Shown here one piece after another: positions 33,793-46,400 of a DNA stretch of 64,000 nt. Position numbers and translations under genes: made by a program. The notes under the pieces were generated by a model. The model did no database searches. It saw nothing but the letters and a program-made list of their open reading frames with translations, and had not been told where the DNA came from. The stretch comes from Zygnema circumcarinatum SAG 698-1b (taxonomy: Eukaryota; Plantae; Zygnematophyceae). The DNA lies in contig CM074819.1 of NCBI GenBank assembly GCA_037447605.1, positions 2,088,844-2,152,843 of the forward strand. The letters run 5' to 3'. The first letter of the stretch is position 1. Each line of letters begins with the position of its first letter.

Positions 33793-36700
33793 ATGTTCCG
33801 CGCGACCCGCTCCGCTGCGCCACGTGTCGCGGTGAGAGCGGCCCTGCTGTGCATTGAGCAGAGCCTCCCTCCGCATCTCCCAAGGTACGTCAGCAAGCCG
33901 TCAGCCGCCATGGCGCGGCAGCATGGCGAGGGCACCATGTCATGTCATGCCATGGCCGCCGTCAAGCGTGGAAAAACCTCAAAACCAACGCAATTCTCCA
34001 GAAATCGCTACTTTCCCTCCTTTGGTTAACCACTCAGCTCACCACGATGTTCTCAAGCCAATGAATAGGATTCATTTTCTGAAATTGGACCTTAATATTG
34101 CTCTTCTTCTCTCCCCTTCCCCTGCTACTCTGAACCCTCTCAATTATCAAACCAAACCTCTCTTAAGCTCTGGTTTCTGCACATCTTTGGGTGGGGAACC
34201 CTAAAACCCTAAAGCATTTTAATCCCTAAATCTCAAACGACTCTAAAACCCTTAAAACCGCATAACCATAAACTCCTGAACCCTTGATTTATCCCCTGAA
34301 CCCTCTCAGGATGACTGGAAACAAAGGCGGAAAGCACCATACTCAAAGATGGATTCCAAAGGTTAATTCCCGGCCGCCAGGTGGCACCCCACAGGAGCCA
34401 CCACGTGGCACGCATGTGCCAGCTCAGCAACTCGGCGGAGCTTCAAGGGAACCTTTTCTATGCGCTTCTCTGAGGGGTGATGTGACAGCGTCACATGGAG
34501 CTCCAGCTACGGCTGCCGTTCCTTTGGAGGCGACGGAGCAGAGGGGGCTGCATGGAGACGGGGGGAGGGTAGGAGGAGCGTCGTTGGTGGGTGCTGTTGA
34601 GAGAGGGGAGGAGGGGGAGGGAGAAGAGGCAGAGGAGGAATTGAAGAGAGAGGAGAGAGGAGAGACAGAGGAGAGAGGAGAGGGAGAAGATGAAAGAGAC
34701 GAGGAGGAGGAGGCGGAGGAAGACGAGGAGGAGAGGCGTGTTGGAAAAGTGAGGAAAATTGCAGCAGCTTCGATATTGGCGACATTCTATCCCAAATTCG
34801 AAAATGAGCGCACAGATGCAGAGGTTAGGTTCCTACCCTCCCCCCCTCCCCCTCCCCCTCCCCATCCCGCTCCCCCTCCCCCTCCNNNNNNNNNNCCCCT
34901 CCCCCTCATTTCCTTTTGCTTTTTTGAGCAGATGCAACGGCGAATTGAAGACGCCGTGGCTTCGGGAAGAGGAGTGCTTGAAGTGAGTTTTTACTTCTTC
35001 TGAATTGCAATTTTTTCCGCTTTCTCTCTCAACTTTTTCATGATAATTTTGGTACCGTTAAGAAATCTTGTTTCTGTTTTCTTTCAAAAGTATTGACCTT
35101 CATGTATTTACATTCCGCATTTCAGGTCTCTGTGAAGCACTCGGGCTCTCTATTCATGTGGGCGGGAGCCCAACGCGGAGCCTTTGCAAAAAACTCATAC
35201 GGCAACGAGTAAGCTTTTCATGACTCTGATAATCTAAAGATGGAACTTAAAAAATCTTAAGGAGGAAAATAAAAGAGAGGCTTACAAAATGTTAAAAAGT
35301 TAAGAATACGGAAGGGGATTACTGATCTTTATGTGAAGGTCAAGCAGTCCTTTACTAACAATTTTAGGGTTTGTAGGGTGCAGATATTCTGCTGTAGGAG
35401 TGTGGGTTCTCGGACAGACTTTGAAAAATGCATGGGGCGAAGAATTAGGGTTACAGAAGCAGAAAGAGCTCAGCGACTACTTGCAGGTGAGGGCGAGAAG
35501 GGTAGCCATCAACCCTAAACAAACCCTAGAATTCTTCCTTGAACTCTGAAATCTCTACACTTCGCAAATCCTACACAGTTTCCAAACTTCGCTGACCTTT
35601 GTTTTATTATGTATTCTGAATTGGGTTATTTTTCTTACAGAATAATCGGCTCTGTATTGCTATGGAGTTGGTTACCAGCGTTCTCGGAGATCACGGGCAG
35701 AGGCCTCGTCAAGACTTTGGTGATTCCTCGCATTGACCCTTAAAACACTGCAACCCTCAAGTTCCTAGACCCTAGACCCTAGACCCTAGACCCTAGACGC
35801 TAGACCCTAGACCCTAGACTCTAGACCTTAGACCCTAGACCCTAGACCCTAGACCCTAGACCCTAGACCCTAGACCCTAGACCCTAGACCCTAGACCCTA
35901 GACCCTAGACCCTAGACCCTAGACCCTAGACCCTAGACCCTAGACCCTAGACCCTAGACCCTAGACCCTAGACCCTAGACCCTAGACCTAGACCCTAGAC
36001 CCTAGACCACCCTAGACCCTAGACCCTAGACCCTAGACCTAGACCCTAGACCCTAGACCCTAGACCTAGACCCTAGACCCTAGACTCTAGACCCTAGACC
36101 TAGACCCTAGACCCTAGACCCTAGACTCTAGACCCTAGACCCTAGACTCTAGACCCTAGACCCTAGACCCTAGACCCTAGACCTAGACCCTAGACCCTAG
36201 ACCCTAGACTCTAGACCCTAGACCCTAGACCCTAGACCCTAGACCCTAGACCCTAGACTCTAGACCCTAGACCCTAGACTCTAGACCCTAGACCCTAGAC
36301 CTAGACCCTAGACCCTAGACCCTAGACCCTAGACTCTAGACCCTAGACCCTAGACCCTAGACCCTAGACCCTGAACTCTAGACCCTGAACCCTAGACCCT
36401 GAACCCTAGACCCTGAACCCTAGACCCTGAACCCTAGACCCTGAACCCTAGACCCTAGGCCCTGGAGGGCACAGTGGTGGTGACGGCGGTGGCGGAGTTG
36501 AGGTCGCGGCCGCGATTCCTCGCAACGGCGGAGATTGTGCGCTTCTGCCGGCGATGGGGGCTGCCCTCCAACCACTACTGGCTCTTCGCCTCCATGTGGG
36601 TGAGAGAGAGAGAGAGAGTGAGAGAGAACGAGAGAGGGAGAGAGAGAGAGAGGGGGAGGCGGGAGAGAGGAGCGAGAGAGAACGAGAGGGAGAGGAGAGA

Positions 36701-39700
36701 GAGAGTGAGAGAGAGGGGGGAGGGGGAGAGCAGAGAGAGAGAGAACGAGAGAGAGAGAGAGGGGTAGAGAGAGAGAGTGAGAGAGAAGAGGGGGAGGGGG
36801 GAGATTGGAGAGAAAGAGAACGAGATAGAGAGGGGGAGAGAGGGGGAGAGTGAGAGTGAGAGGAGGAGGCGGGAGAAAGGAGAGAGACAGGGGAGATGAC
36901 AGAGAAAGAAACGGAGAGCGAGAGGGAGAGTGAAGGAATGAAATGTGCTCAACGGCTAGTGGGTATAGGAAGGAAATTATTTCTGGAGAGTAAAATTCTC
37001 TCTTCCTTGAATTCCTTCCTTTGGGCAGCGATTCCGTGAAGCGGTACATGGCGGCGTACAGAGCTCTCAGCGAAGAGGGGACGGCGGCGGCCGTGGAGGC
37101 GGCCGTGACGGCTGTAGCGGATGTCACGGTCACGCGTACGGGCAAAACCCTAAGAGCCTCCAAAACCCTGAGAGCGTCCAAACCCTGAGAGCCTCCAAAA
37201 CCCTGAGAGCCTCCAAAACCCTGAGAGCCTCCAAAACCCTGAGAGCGTCCAAACCCTGAGAGCCTCCAAAACCCTGAGAGCGTCCAAAACCCTGAGAGTC
37301 TCCAAAACCCTGAGAGCCTCCAAAACCCTGAGAGCCTCCAAAAAAGCGTCCAAAACCTTGAGAGCGAGAGCCTCCAAAACCCTGAGAGCGTCCAAAACCC
37401 TGAGAGCCTCCAAAACCCTGAGAGCCTCCAAAACCCTGAGAGCCTCCAAAACCCTGAGAGCGTCCAAAACCCTGAGAGCCTCCAAAACCCTGAGAGCCTC
37501 CAAAACCCTGAGAAAACCCTGAGAGCCTCCAAAACCCTGAGAGCGTCCAAAACCCTGAGAGCCTCCAAAACCCTGAGAGCCTCCAAAACCCTGAGAGAGA
37601 GAGCGTCCAAAACCCTGAGAGCGTCCAAAACCCTGAGAGCCTCCAAAACCCTGAGAGCCTCCAAAACCCTGAGAGCGTCCAAAACCCTGAGAGCGTCCAA
37701 AACCCTGAGAGCGTCCAAAACCCTGAGAGCATCCAAAACCCTGAGAGCGTCCAAAACCTTGAGAGCGTTCAAACCCTAGAGCCTCCAAAACCTGAGAGCC
37801 TCCAAATCCCTGAGAGCCTCCATAACCCTGAGAGCGTCCAAAACCATGAGAGCGTCCAAAACCGTGAGAGCCTCCAAAACCCTGAGAGCGTCCAAAACCC
37901 TGAGAGCGTCCAACACCATGAGAGCCTCCAAAACCCTGAGAGCGTCCAAAACCTTGAGAGCGTCCAAAACTCCTGAGAGCCTCCAAATCCCTGAGAGCCT
38001 CCAAAACCCTGAGAGCGTCCAAAACCTTGAGAGCGTCCAAAACCCTGAGAGCCTCCAAAACCCTGAGAGCGTCCAAAACCCTGAGAGTCTCCAAAACCCT
38101 GAGAGCCTCCAAAACCCCAGAGCCTCCAAAACCCCAGAGCCTCCAAAACCCTGAGAGCGTCCAAAACCTTGAGAGCGTCCAAAAAGCCTCCCCTGAGAGC
38201 CTCCAAAACCTTGAGAGCGTCCAAAACCCTGAGAGCCTCCAAAACCCTGAGAGCCTCCAAAACCCTGAGAGCCTCCAAAACCCTGAGAGCCTCCAAAACC
38301 CTGAGAGCGTCCAAAACCCTGAGAGCCTCCAAAACCCTGAGAGCCTCCAAAACCCTGAGAGCCTCCAAAACCCTGAGAGCCTCCAAAACCCTGAGAGCCT
38401 CCAAAACCCTGAGAGCGTCCAAAACCTTGAGAGCGTCCAAAACCCTGAGAGCCTCCAAAACCCTGAGACCCTGAGAGCCTCCAAAACCCTGAGAGCGTCC
38501 AAAACCCTGAGAGCGTCCAAAACCCTGAGAGCCTCCAAAACCCTGAGAGCCTCCAAAACCCTGAGAGCGTCCAAAACCCTGAGAGCGTCCAAAACCCTGA
38601 GAAAAACCCTGAGAGCCTCCAAAAACCCTGAGAGCGTCCAAAACCCTGAGAGCGTCCAAAACCCTGAGAGCCTCCAAAACCCTGAGAGCCTCCAAAACCC
38701 TGAGAGCGTCCAAAACCCTGAGAGCGTCCAAAACCCTGAGAGTCCAAAACCCTGAGAGCGTCCAAAACCCTGAGAGCGTCCAAAACCCTGAGAGCCTCCA
38801 AAACCCTGAGAGCCTCCAAAACCCTGAGAGCCTCCAAAACCCTGAGAGCCTCCAAAACCCTGAGAGCGTCCAAAACCCTGAGAGCGTCCAAAACCCTGAG
38901 AGCCTCCAAAACCCTGAGAGCCTCCAAAACCCTGAGAGCCTCCAAAACCCTGAGAGCCTCCAAAACCCTGAGAGCCTCCAAAACCCTGAGAGCCTCCAAA
39001 ACCCTGAGAGCGTCCAAAACCCTGAGAGCGTCCAAAACCCTGAGAGCCTCCAAAACCCTGAGAGCGTCCAAAACCCTGAGAGCGTCCAAAACCCTGAGAG
39101 CCTCCAAAACCCTGAGAGCGTCCAAAACCCTGAGAGCATCCAAAACCCTGAGAGCATCCAAAACCCTGAGAGCGTCCAAAACCCTGAGAGCGTCCAAAAC
39201 CCTAAGGACCTCTAAAAGGAAAATGCATTCCTTAAAAGTAGCCCAGAACCCTAAAAGCCTTCAAAACCCCAAAAAAACTTCAGCCATGAAAAGAAGTTCA
39301 TAGCCTTAGAAGCCTCCAAATCCTCCTAATCTTCTTCAACTTTGCAATTCTTTGAACCCTTCAAGCCTGAAACGATCTTCAAACCCATTTTCAAGCTTGG
39401 TATTCTGAAGTTTTTCACCCTAGCAGTTTTGCATTCCGTACGGAGCATCACTCGAACTATGCCTTCTGAGCTAATCTTCCAACTGACCATAAACCCTTTC
39501 TCTATTTTGTTTGAGTTTTTTCCAGCGAGTGCGGGCCACGAGCTCCTGCAGGGCCCCATCATGGAGGGGCTTGTGGCTCGTATTGTGAGCTCAGACAGTG
39601 TGCAGACTATGGAGGCACTGCTCAAGGAGAGCCCGCCTACTACCGCACGTCAGCATCTCTCTCTCTCTCCTTCTCTCTCTCTCTCTCTCTATGTCTCCCT

Positions 39701-39899
39701 CTCTTGATTCCCTCTCACTGCTGTCGTTCCCAGCTGCCTCCTCCCACCCTCTCTGCCTCCTCCTTCCCTCTCCCTCACTCACTTCATCCCTTTCGTTTTC
39801 TCTCTTCCACTCTTTACGCTCCCTGTGTGCCTCACTATTCAGAAGCGACCAAACAACTAAATATCTGAAGTAGTTCTCTCTCTCTCTGTCCGTCTCTCT

Positions 39900-39957
<58 letters not shown>

Positions 39958-40401
39958 TCTCTCTCTCTTTCTCACTCTTTCTCTCTCTACAGGTGGAATT
40001 GGGGCCGGGATTGTCCTCCGCGAGCTCTGGAAGGAGTGGAAGGAGCCAAAGGAGGTGCCCCAATGAAGTGAAGCAAAGTCAAGCGAAGTCAAACAAAGTC
40101 AAGCGAAGTCAAACAAAGTCAAGCGAAGTCAAACAAAGTCATGCGAAGTCAAACAAAAACGTGAGCGTGCAGATGAATGGCATACAATTTGACTGAACTG
40201 ACTGTTTCCATGTTGCCCCATTCCGTTGCAGAGAGTTGAACAGTTGGTGAAGTTGGCGGGCCCTTCTATGTGTTCTCCGTCAGACTGGGGTGTTGATGAC
40301 GTCAGCGGTGATTGTGAAGGAGAGGAGCCGGGCGGCAAAGCCCTCTCTCTCTTCCTCAGCTGCTCTCCCGCAGACCCGACCTCTGCTAAGCTGCAGGTAG
40401 T

Positions 40402-40448
<47 letters not shown>

Positions 40449-40456
40449 GTCTCTCG

Positions 40457-40494
<38 letters not shown>

Positions 40495-43400
40495 CCTCCC
40501 AGGGGTGTTCAGGGGTTCAGGGGTTTCTAGGATTTAGAGGCTACAGGGTTTCGAAAGTGTGTTGTTAAACACCTAAAATCGTAAATCCAAAATCCCAAAC
40601 CCTCCAACCCTAAACCTTTAACTCCAAATTCTAAACCCAAAGCCGAAAACCTTGACCCAAAAACTGATGCCCTGGCCTTAAACCCTAAATTTACCCTAAA
40701 TCTTGCATTTCCTGTTTTTGCATTCACGCAGGAGATGATAAGAACAATAACGAAGTTGAAGCTGCCGGTTCGATTGAAATGCAAAATGCGGCACTCCCTC
40801 ACTGGAAAAAATGTGGGCTTAAATTGGAATGAAGAATATCTGGAAATGTTGCAAAATTTGGAGACGAAAAATGTGAATAAGTCAACAGGACGAGTGGTTT
40901 CGGAGTTCGTAATAACGGTTCATGCATATGCAGATTCTGCCTTTCGGAAGTATGAAAAAGCTCGAATGTAAGGCCGGGCAGCTTTGAAATTCTTTTTGTT
41001 TTCGACTTGTACCTTGAATAAGGTGCAAAATTTTAGAGTTAAGGTTTTTTTTTTTTGTGTAAGGGGTGGGGGAGGGGTTGGGGGAGCTTTTTTTTTTATT
41101 ATTTTTTGTTTAGGGCGGAAGCAGAGATTCGGCAGGAAGTAGAGGACGAAAGCGGAAAGAGAGAGGGAGGTGGGGGAGGGAGGGAGAGAGTGGGAGTGGG
41201 AGTGGGAGTGGGAGAGTGAGAGGGAGTTAGGGCGGAGGGAAAGGGAGGGAGGGAGAAATGGGGGAGGTAAGAAAAAGAGAGAGAGAGGGAATGGAGATAG
41301 AGGGGTAGAGGGGAGGAAGAGAGAGGTTGTGGAGTAAGAGAGGGAAGAGGGGAGTGGGGGGAGGGAGTGGAGAGGGAGAGGAGAGGAGAGGGAGAGGAGA
41401 GGGAGAGAGTGAGGAGAGGGAGAGGAGAGGGAGAGCGGGAGGAGAGAGAGGAGACGGAGAGAGGGTGGGGGAGGGAGGGGAGAGGGAGAGGGAGTTTGAA
41501 AGTTTCATCAGCCCTAATAACCATACGCATTTTGAAATCTCAAACTTGCCACGCCATTATAATTCTCAAACCCTAATTTCTAACCCTAATTCTTTCAATT
41601 TTCTTATTTTATGTAACAGGGAGAGGCCAGATCTGTGGCCCCTTTACCGCGGTTTCTTTATCGAGGTCTTCATAATACAGACGAGAGCGAAGAGCACAAA
41701 TGAAAATTTTTCGAATGCAAAAGCGACGGAAGAGTGGTCACATGGAACCGGTCCCCTTGAAGAGGAACATTTGATGCTGAAAATGAAGTTTTTGCCCTAC
41801 AAATTGCGGACCTTTCTTATTCGAAACGGGCTCAAAACGCTTTTGAAAGATGGCAAAGAGAATTACAGAGAATATTATAAAAGGTGTAACCTTAAAGCCC
41901 TTATGGAAACCTTAAAATTTTAAGAATTTAAACCCACAGAAACCCCAGCAGCAGAATACTTTGAAACCCTAAAAATCAAACTAAGCAAAAAATTAGAAGC
42001 CGACATTGTCCTCCTTCATAATAGTCATTTCAAGCTTTTTGGTTTTCCGATGGGAATATGCTCGATGGCTTTGGTTATAACGTAACAGATTTTTCGTTTG
42101 AGCGTGCAAATTCAGCTAAACTTGTTTAGTATATTAGTCAATTTAAACTAATTTCTCAAACCTGACTGCAGGCAGCTTCAGTTGTGGGGAGTCTCTCCTT
42201 CAAAAACTCGCGAAATGTGTGAACTCTGCGAAGCATGGTTCGCTCCGACAACGCTTTGAGGCTCAGGGAAGGAGTGCTGGTTTGGGCTTTAGGGTTTAGG
42301 GTTTAGGGTTTAGGCTTTAGGTTTTAGGGTTCAGAGTTTCGGACTTAGGGAGCTTTGTGAGTTTGAAGGTTTTAGGGTGACGCAATGCTGCGTGCTGCCA
42401 AGTGGCGAGTGAGACATTGGAATTGACCAACATATGGATACTCTCTGTCTCTCCTAACACTCTCCCTCCCTCCCTCCCTCCCTCCCTCCCTCCCTCCCCT
42501 CCCTCCCCTCCCTCCCTCCCTCCATCCCTCCCTCAGGGCCTCCCACATAGGCACCCTGGCCCACCCCCCCTCGGAGATGGCGTACCTTGACGCGGCGGAG
42601 CCCTTCTTGGAACGCTTCGCGCGGCACAGCCCCCGCCACGCACGCGCCGTCGGAGGGATTGCTCAGGGCTCGGGGTAGGGTTTAGGGTTCAGGGCTGGAG
42701 GGAATAAGGGGGGGGGGGGTNNNNNNNNNNGGGGGGGGGTAGGGTTCAGGGCTGGAGGGAATAAGGGGGGGGGGGGGGTAGGGTTCAGGGCTGGTAGTGA
42801 ATGAGAGGGTACGCTATCAAAGGCTATGTTAAGAATGGTGGTTGTGTGCGCTTGGATGATTTGGACCATGAGAGTTGATGCATGTTGTTGTGGCGGTGGG
42901 GGCCTGCCGATGGCGCCCAAGTTCATGTTGAACATGAGGGTGTAGGCGCTCATGGTCCTATTTATGCTCTTGGAAGCATCGTTTGATTGAAAGGAGATGA
43001 AGGAGACGAAGAACTTGACTTTCTCGAGAAAGTTAACGGTTCGGTTTTTGGGAACTTTTAGGGTTTTCATGGCTGTTTTCAGGGTTATGGTTGTAAGATG
43101 TTTAGGATTGTAAGGTGTTTAGAGTTTCTATGGTAGTTTTGAGCTGCAAACTGAAGCGGGTGTTGGAGGTGTTCCATGTTTTCGCTCTTGCAGCGATCTG
43201 AACGAAGTCAACCTTCAGGATCTCGCGTTGGGTGCTGACGTGGACGCTGACGTGGATGCTGACGTGGCGGTTGCAAAGGACTCAGCGGAAGCTTCCGTGC
43301 AACAGCCAACATGGGAAGGGCTTTTGGTTTTCTTCCCAGGTGCGATATTCAACGCCCTGTTCCATGTGCTCCGTTACGCCAAAATCTGTATTACTGAATA

Positions 43401-46400
43401 CGTAACTGTGCAGCCAGCTGGTTTTTAAGCATCAAAAAAAGGAAAAGGTTCAATTGCTTACACATGCGAAAGTTCACTCAAATTCAAGTTCAAATTCAAA
43501 TTCAAATTCAAATTCAAATTCAGATCTACTCAAATTCGTTTTAGGGTTTGTATTTTTGCTGCTCCCAGGAATTCCGGGATGCGGAAAATCGGCAGTTTGT
43601 GAGAAGCTTGCGGAAATTGGAGATTTGGGAGACGGACGGAAAGTGGACCAGCTCATGGGGGACCTCGTTCAAGGTGGAGACTCTGAACCCTCCCTAAACC
43701 CTTCACAGCGAGGAGGGGCCCTTAAACCCTGACGAGGTTGAAAGAAAGGAAAGAAACCCTTAAACCCTAAAGGGCCAAGATTTCTCATTCTCAAAAAAAT
43801 TGCATGAGAAGTTACAAAGGCTGGAGGAGTTCGAGGAAGGGTCAAATATGTAAAATTTCTTGACCCTATGGTGCAAAAACTCGCTTGAAAGGGTTTTTAG
43901 GGTTTTTAGGGTTTGAGAGGCTTCGACCTCTCTGCAATGCAAAAAGAAAAATAAGGGCTTGTTGTCATGTTTTGTTTTCTTTTTATTGGCATTTATTTGT
44001 ACTCATTTGTTGGTTCTTTCTTCTTTTTTTCTCCTCTTCTCTCCCTTTCTCCCTCTCTATACCTCTCCCTCTCTACTCTCTCTCTCTCTACCTCTCTTTT
44101 TCTCTCTACTCGCTCGCTCGTTCTCTCTCTCTCCCCCTCTCTTTCTACCCTCGCTCCCTTTCTCTCTCTCCCTCTCTCCCCCTCTCTCTACCCTCTCCCT
44201 CTCCCTCACTTCCTCCCTCTCTTTCTTCCTCTCTCTACCCTCTCCCTCTCCCTCTCCCTCTCCCTCTCTCCCTCTCTCTCTCTCTCTCTCCCCCCTCCCT
44301 CTTCTTTTCCATCCTCCTCTCCCGTTCTCTCAGGCAAGTATTGGCAGGTTTTGCAACTCCGCCGCAGCCGTGCCCACCGCGTGCACACGCTAGCCGACAA
44401 AAACGCTCCGAACTGCGACGTCTGGAAGCAGGTACGGCGCGCGCCCTCTGCGACGACTTCGGCAGTCGCAGGGCCATACTGCGACGCCGCGTGCGATCGC
44501 GCTACTTCTTTAATAGGGGACGGGCGACGCCGTACGGCGATCGCCGCGCGCGTCACGCTTTGTCACGTCTGCATGGGTCTGATAGTGCGGCGTTTGCATG
44601 TCAAATTTTTTGTTTTGTAATTGAAAGTTTATTCACCACGTGAAGTATTGAAATTTTTTTTTTTTTTTTCCTTTTTGCCTTTCCGCTGTTGCAGGTGAGC
44701 GATATTTGTCGGAAGACGAACGCTTTGGGAGTGCCGGTCGTCCCGGCTTCTGAAGGTGATGCTTTTTTCCGGGGTTTAGGGTTTTTGTGCTTTTACCGTA
44801 CCGTAACTTTTTAGGGTTTTTAGGGTTTCTGCATGCACTTTCGATCCCCTAAGTCGCGTAAATGGGGATTCAGATTCTAGGAACTTCAGATTTTTCTTAG
44901 TCCTTTACGGGTTTTATGGGTTCTGGGGGTTTCTGCCTGCAATTCGGAAACTAGGGTTAAGGTTTCCCAAAGAACCTATGGTGGTTGCTAAAATTTAAGG
45001 GAATTCTTATTTGAATTTTTTCCAGGCACTGCGAAAAATCCGTTTGATTTTGAGACGTTGGCAGTGTTCATGTGGAGAGTGCTTGCACGAAAAAACCATC
45101 CGGTGAGAGTCGTAGAGTTGAGAGAGTGGAGGGGGAGGGAAGGGGTGGGAGGGGGAGGGAGGGGGAACGAGGGGGAGGGAGGGGAGGGAGGGGAGGGAGG
45201 GGGAACGAGGGGAGGAGGGGGAGGGAGGGAGGGAGGGGGAGGGAGGGGGAACGAGGGGGAGGGAGGGGAGGGAGGAGGGAGGGGGAGGGAGGGGAACGAG
45301 GGGGAGGGAGGGGAGTGGGAGGGGAGGAGGGGAACGAGGGGGAGGGAGGGGGAGGGAGGGGAGGGAGGAGGGAGGGGGAACGAGGGGGAGGGAGGGAGGA
45401 GGGGAGGGAGGGGAGGGAGGGGGAGCGAGGGGAACGAGGGGGGAGGGAAGGGGAGGGAGGGAGGGAGGGGAGGGAGGGGAGGGAGGGGAGGGAGGGGGAG
45501 GGAGGGGAGGGGAGGGGTGGAGGGGAGGGAGGGGGAGGGAGGGGGAGGGAGGGGAGGGAGGAGGAGGGGGTGGAGGGGAGGGAGGGGGAGGGGAGGGGGA
45601 GGGAGGGGGAGGGAGGGGGAGGGAGGGGAGGGAGGGGAACGAGGGGGAGGGAGGGGAGGGAGGGGGAGGAGGAGGAGGGGAACGAGGGGGAGGGAGGGGG
45701 AGGAGGGGAGGGAGGGGGGAACGAGGGGGAGGGAGGGGGAGGGAGGGGAGGGAGGGGAGGGAGGGGGAACGAGGGGGAGGGAGGGGAGGGAGGGGGAGGG
45801 AGGGGGAGGGAGGGGAGTGAGGGGGAACGAGGGGGAGGGAAGGGGAGGGAGGGGGAGAGGAGGGGAGGGAGGGGGAGGGAGGGGAGGGGAGGGGAGGGAG
45901 GGGGTGGGAGGGGGAGGGAGGGGGAGGGAGGGGGAGGGAGGGGGAGGGAGGGGAGGGAGGGGGAGGGAGGGAGGGGGAGGGAGGGGGAGGGAGGGGGAGG
46001 GAGGGGAGGGAGGGGGAGGGAGGGGGAATGAGGGAGGGAGGGGAGGGAGGGGGAGGGAGGGGAGGGAGGGGGAATGAGGGAGGGGAGGGGAGGGAGGGGA
46101 GAGGGAGGGGGAATGAGGGAGGGAGGGGGAGGGAGGGGGAGGGAGGGGAGGGAGGGGGAATGAGGGAGGGGAGGGGAGGGAGGGGAGGGAGGGGGAGGGA
46201 GGGGGAGTGGAGGGGAGGGAGGAGGGGAGGGAGGGGGAGGAGGGGGAGGGAGGGGGAGGGAGGGGAGGGAGGGGAGGGGAGGGGAGGGGAGGGGAGGGAG
46301 GGGGTGGAGGGGAGGGAGGGGAGGGAGGGGAGGGAGGGGGAGGGAGGGGGAACGATGGGGAGGGAGGGGGAGGGAGGGGGAACGAGGGGGAGGGAGGGGG

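Noticed and set aside
35764-36458. Chromosome end or true telomere
   Set aside because: It is a variant heptamer lying between in-phase RNL exons, so it is interstitial.
36420-39197. Long ORFs (450-490 aa) on both strands
   Set aside because: They result from the 18-bp periodic minisatellite and GA tracts inside RNL introns. The only real coding part is RNL exons on the + strand.
37143-39203. CRISPR-like array
   Set aside because: The units are contiguous with no unique spacers, the context is a eukaryotic intron, and there are no cas genes.
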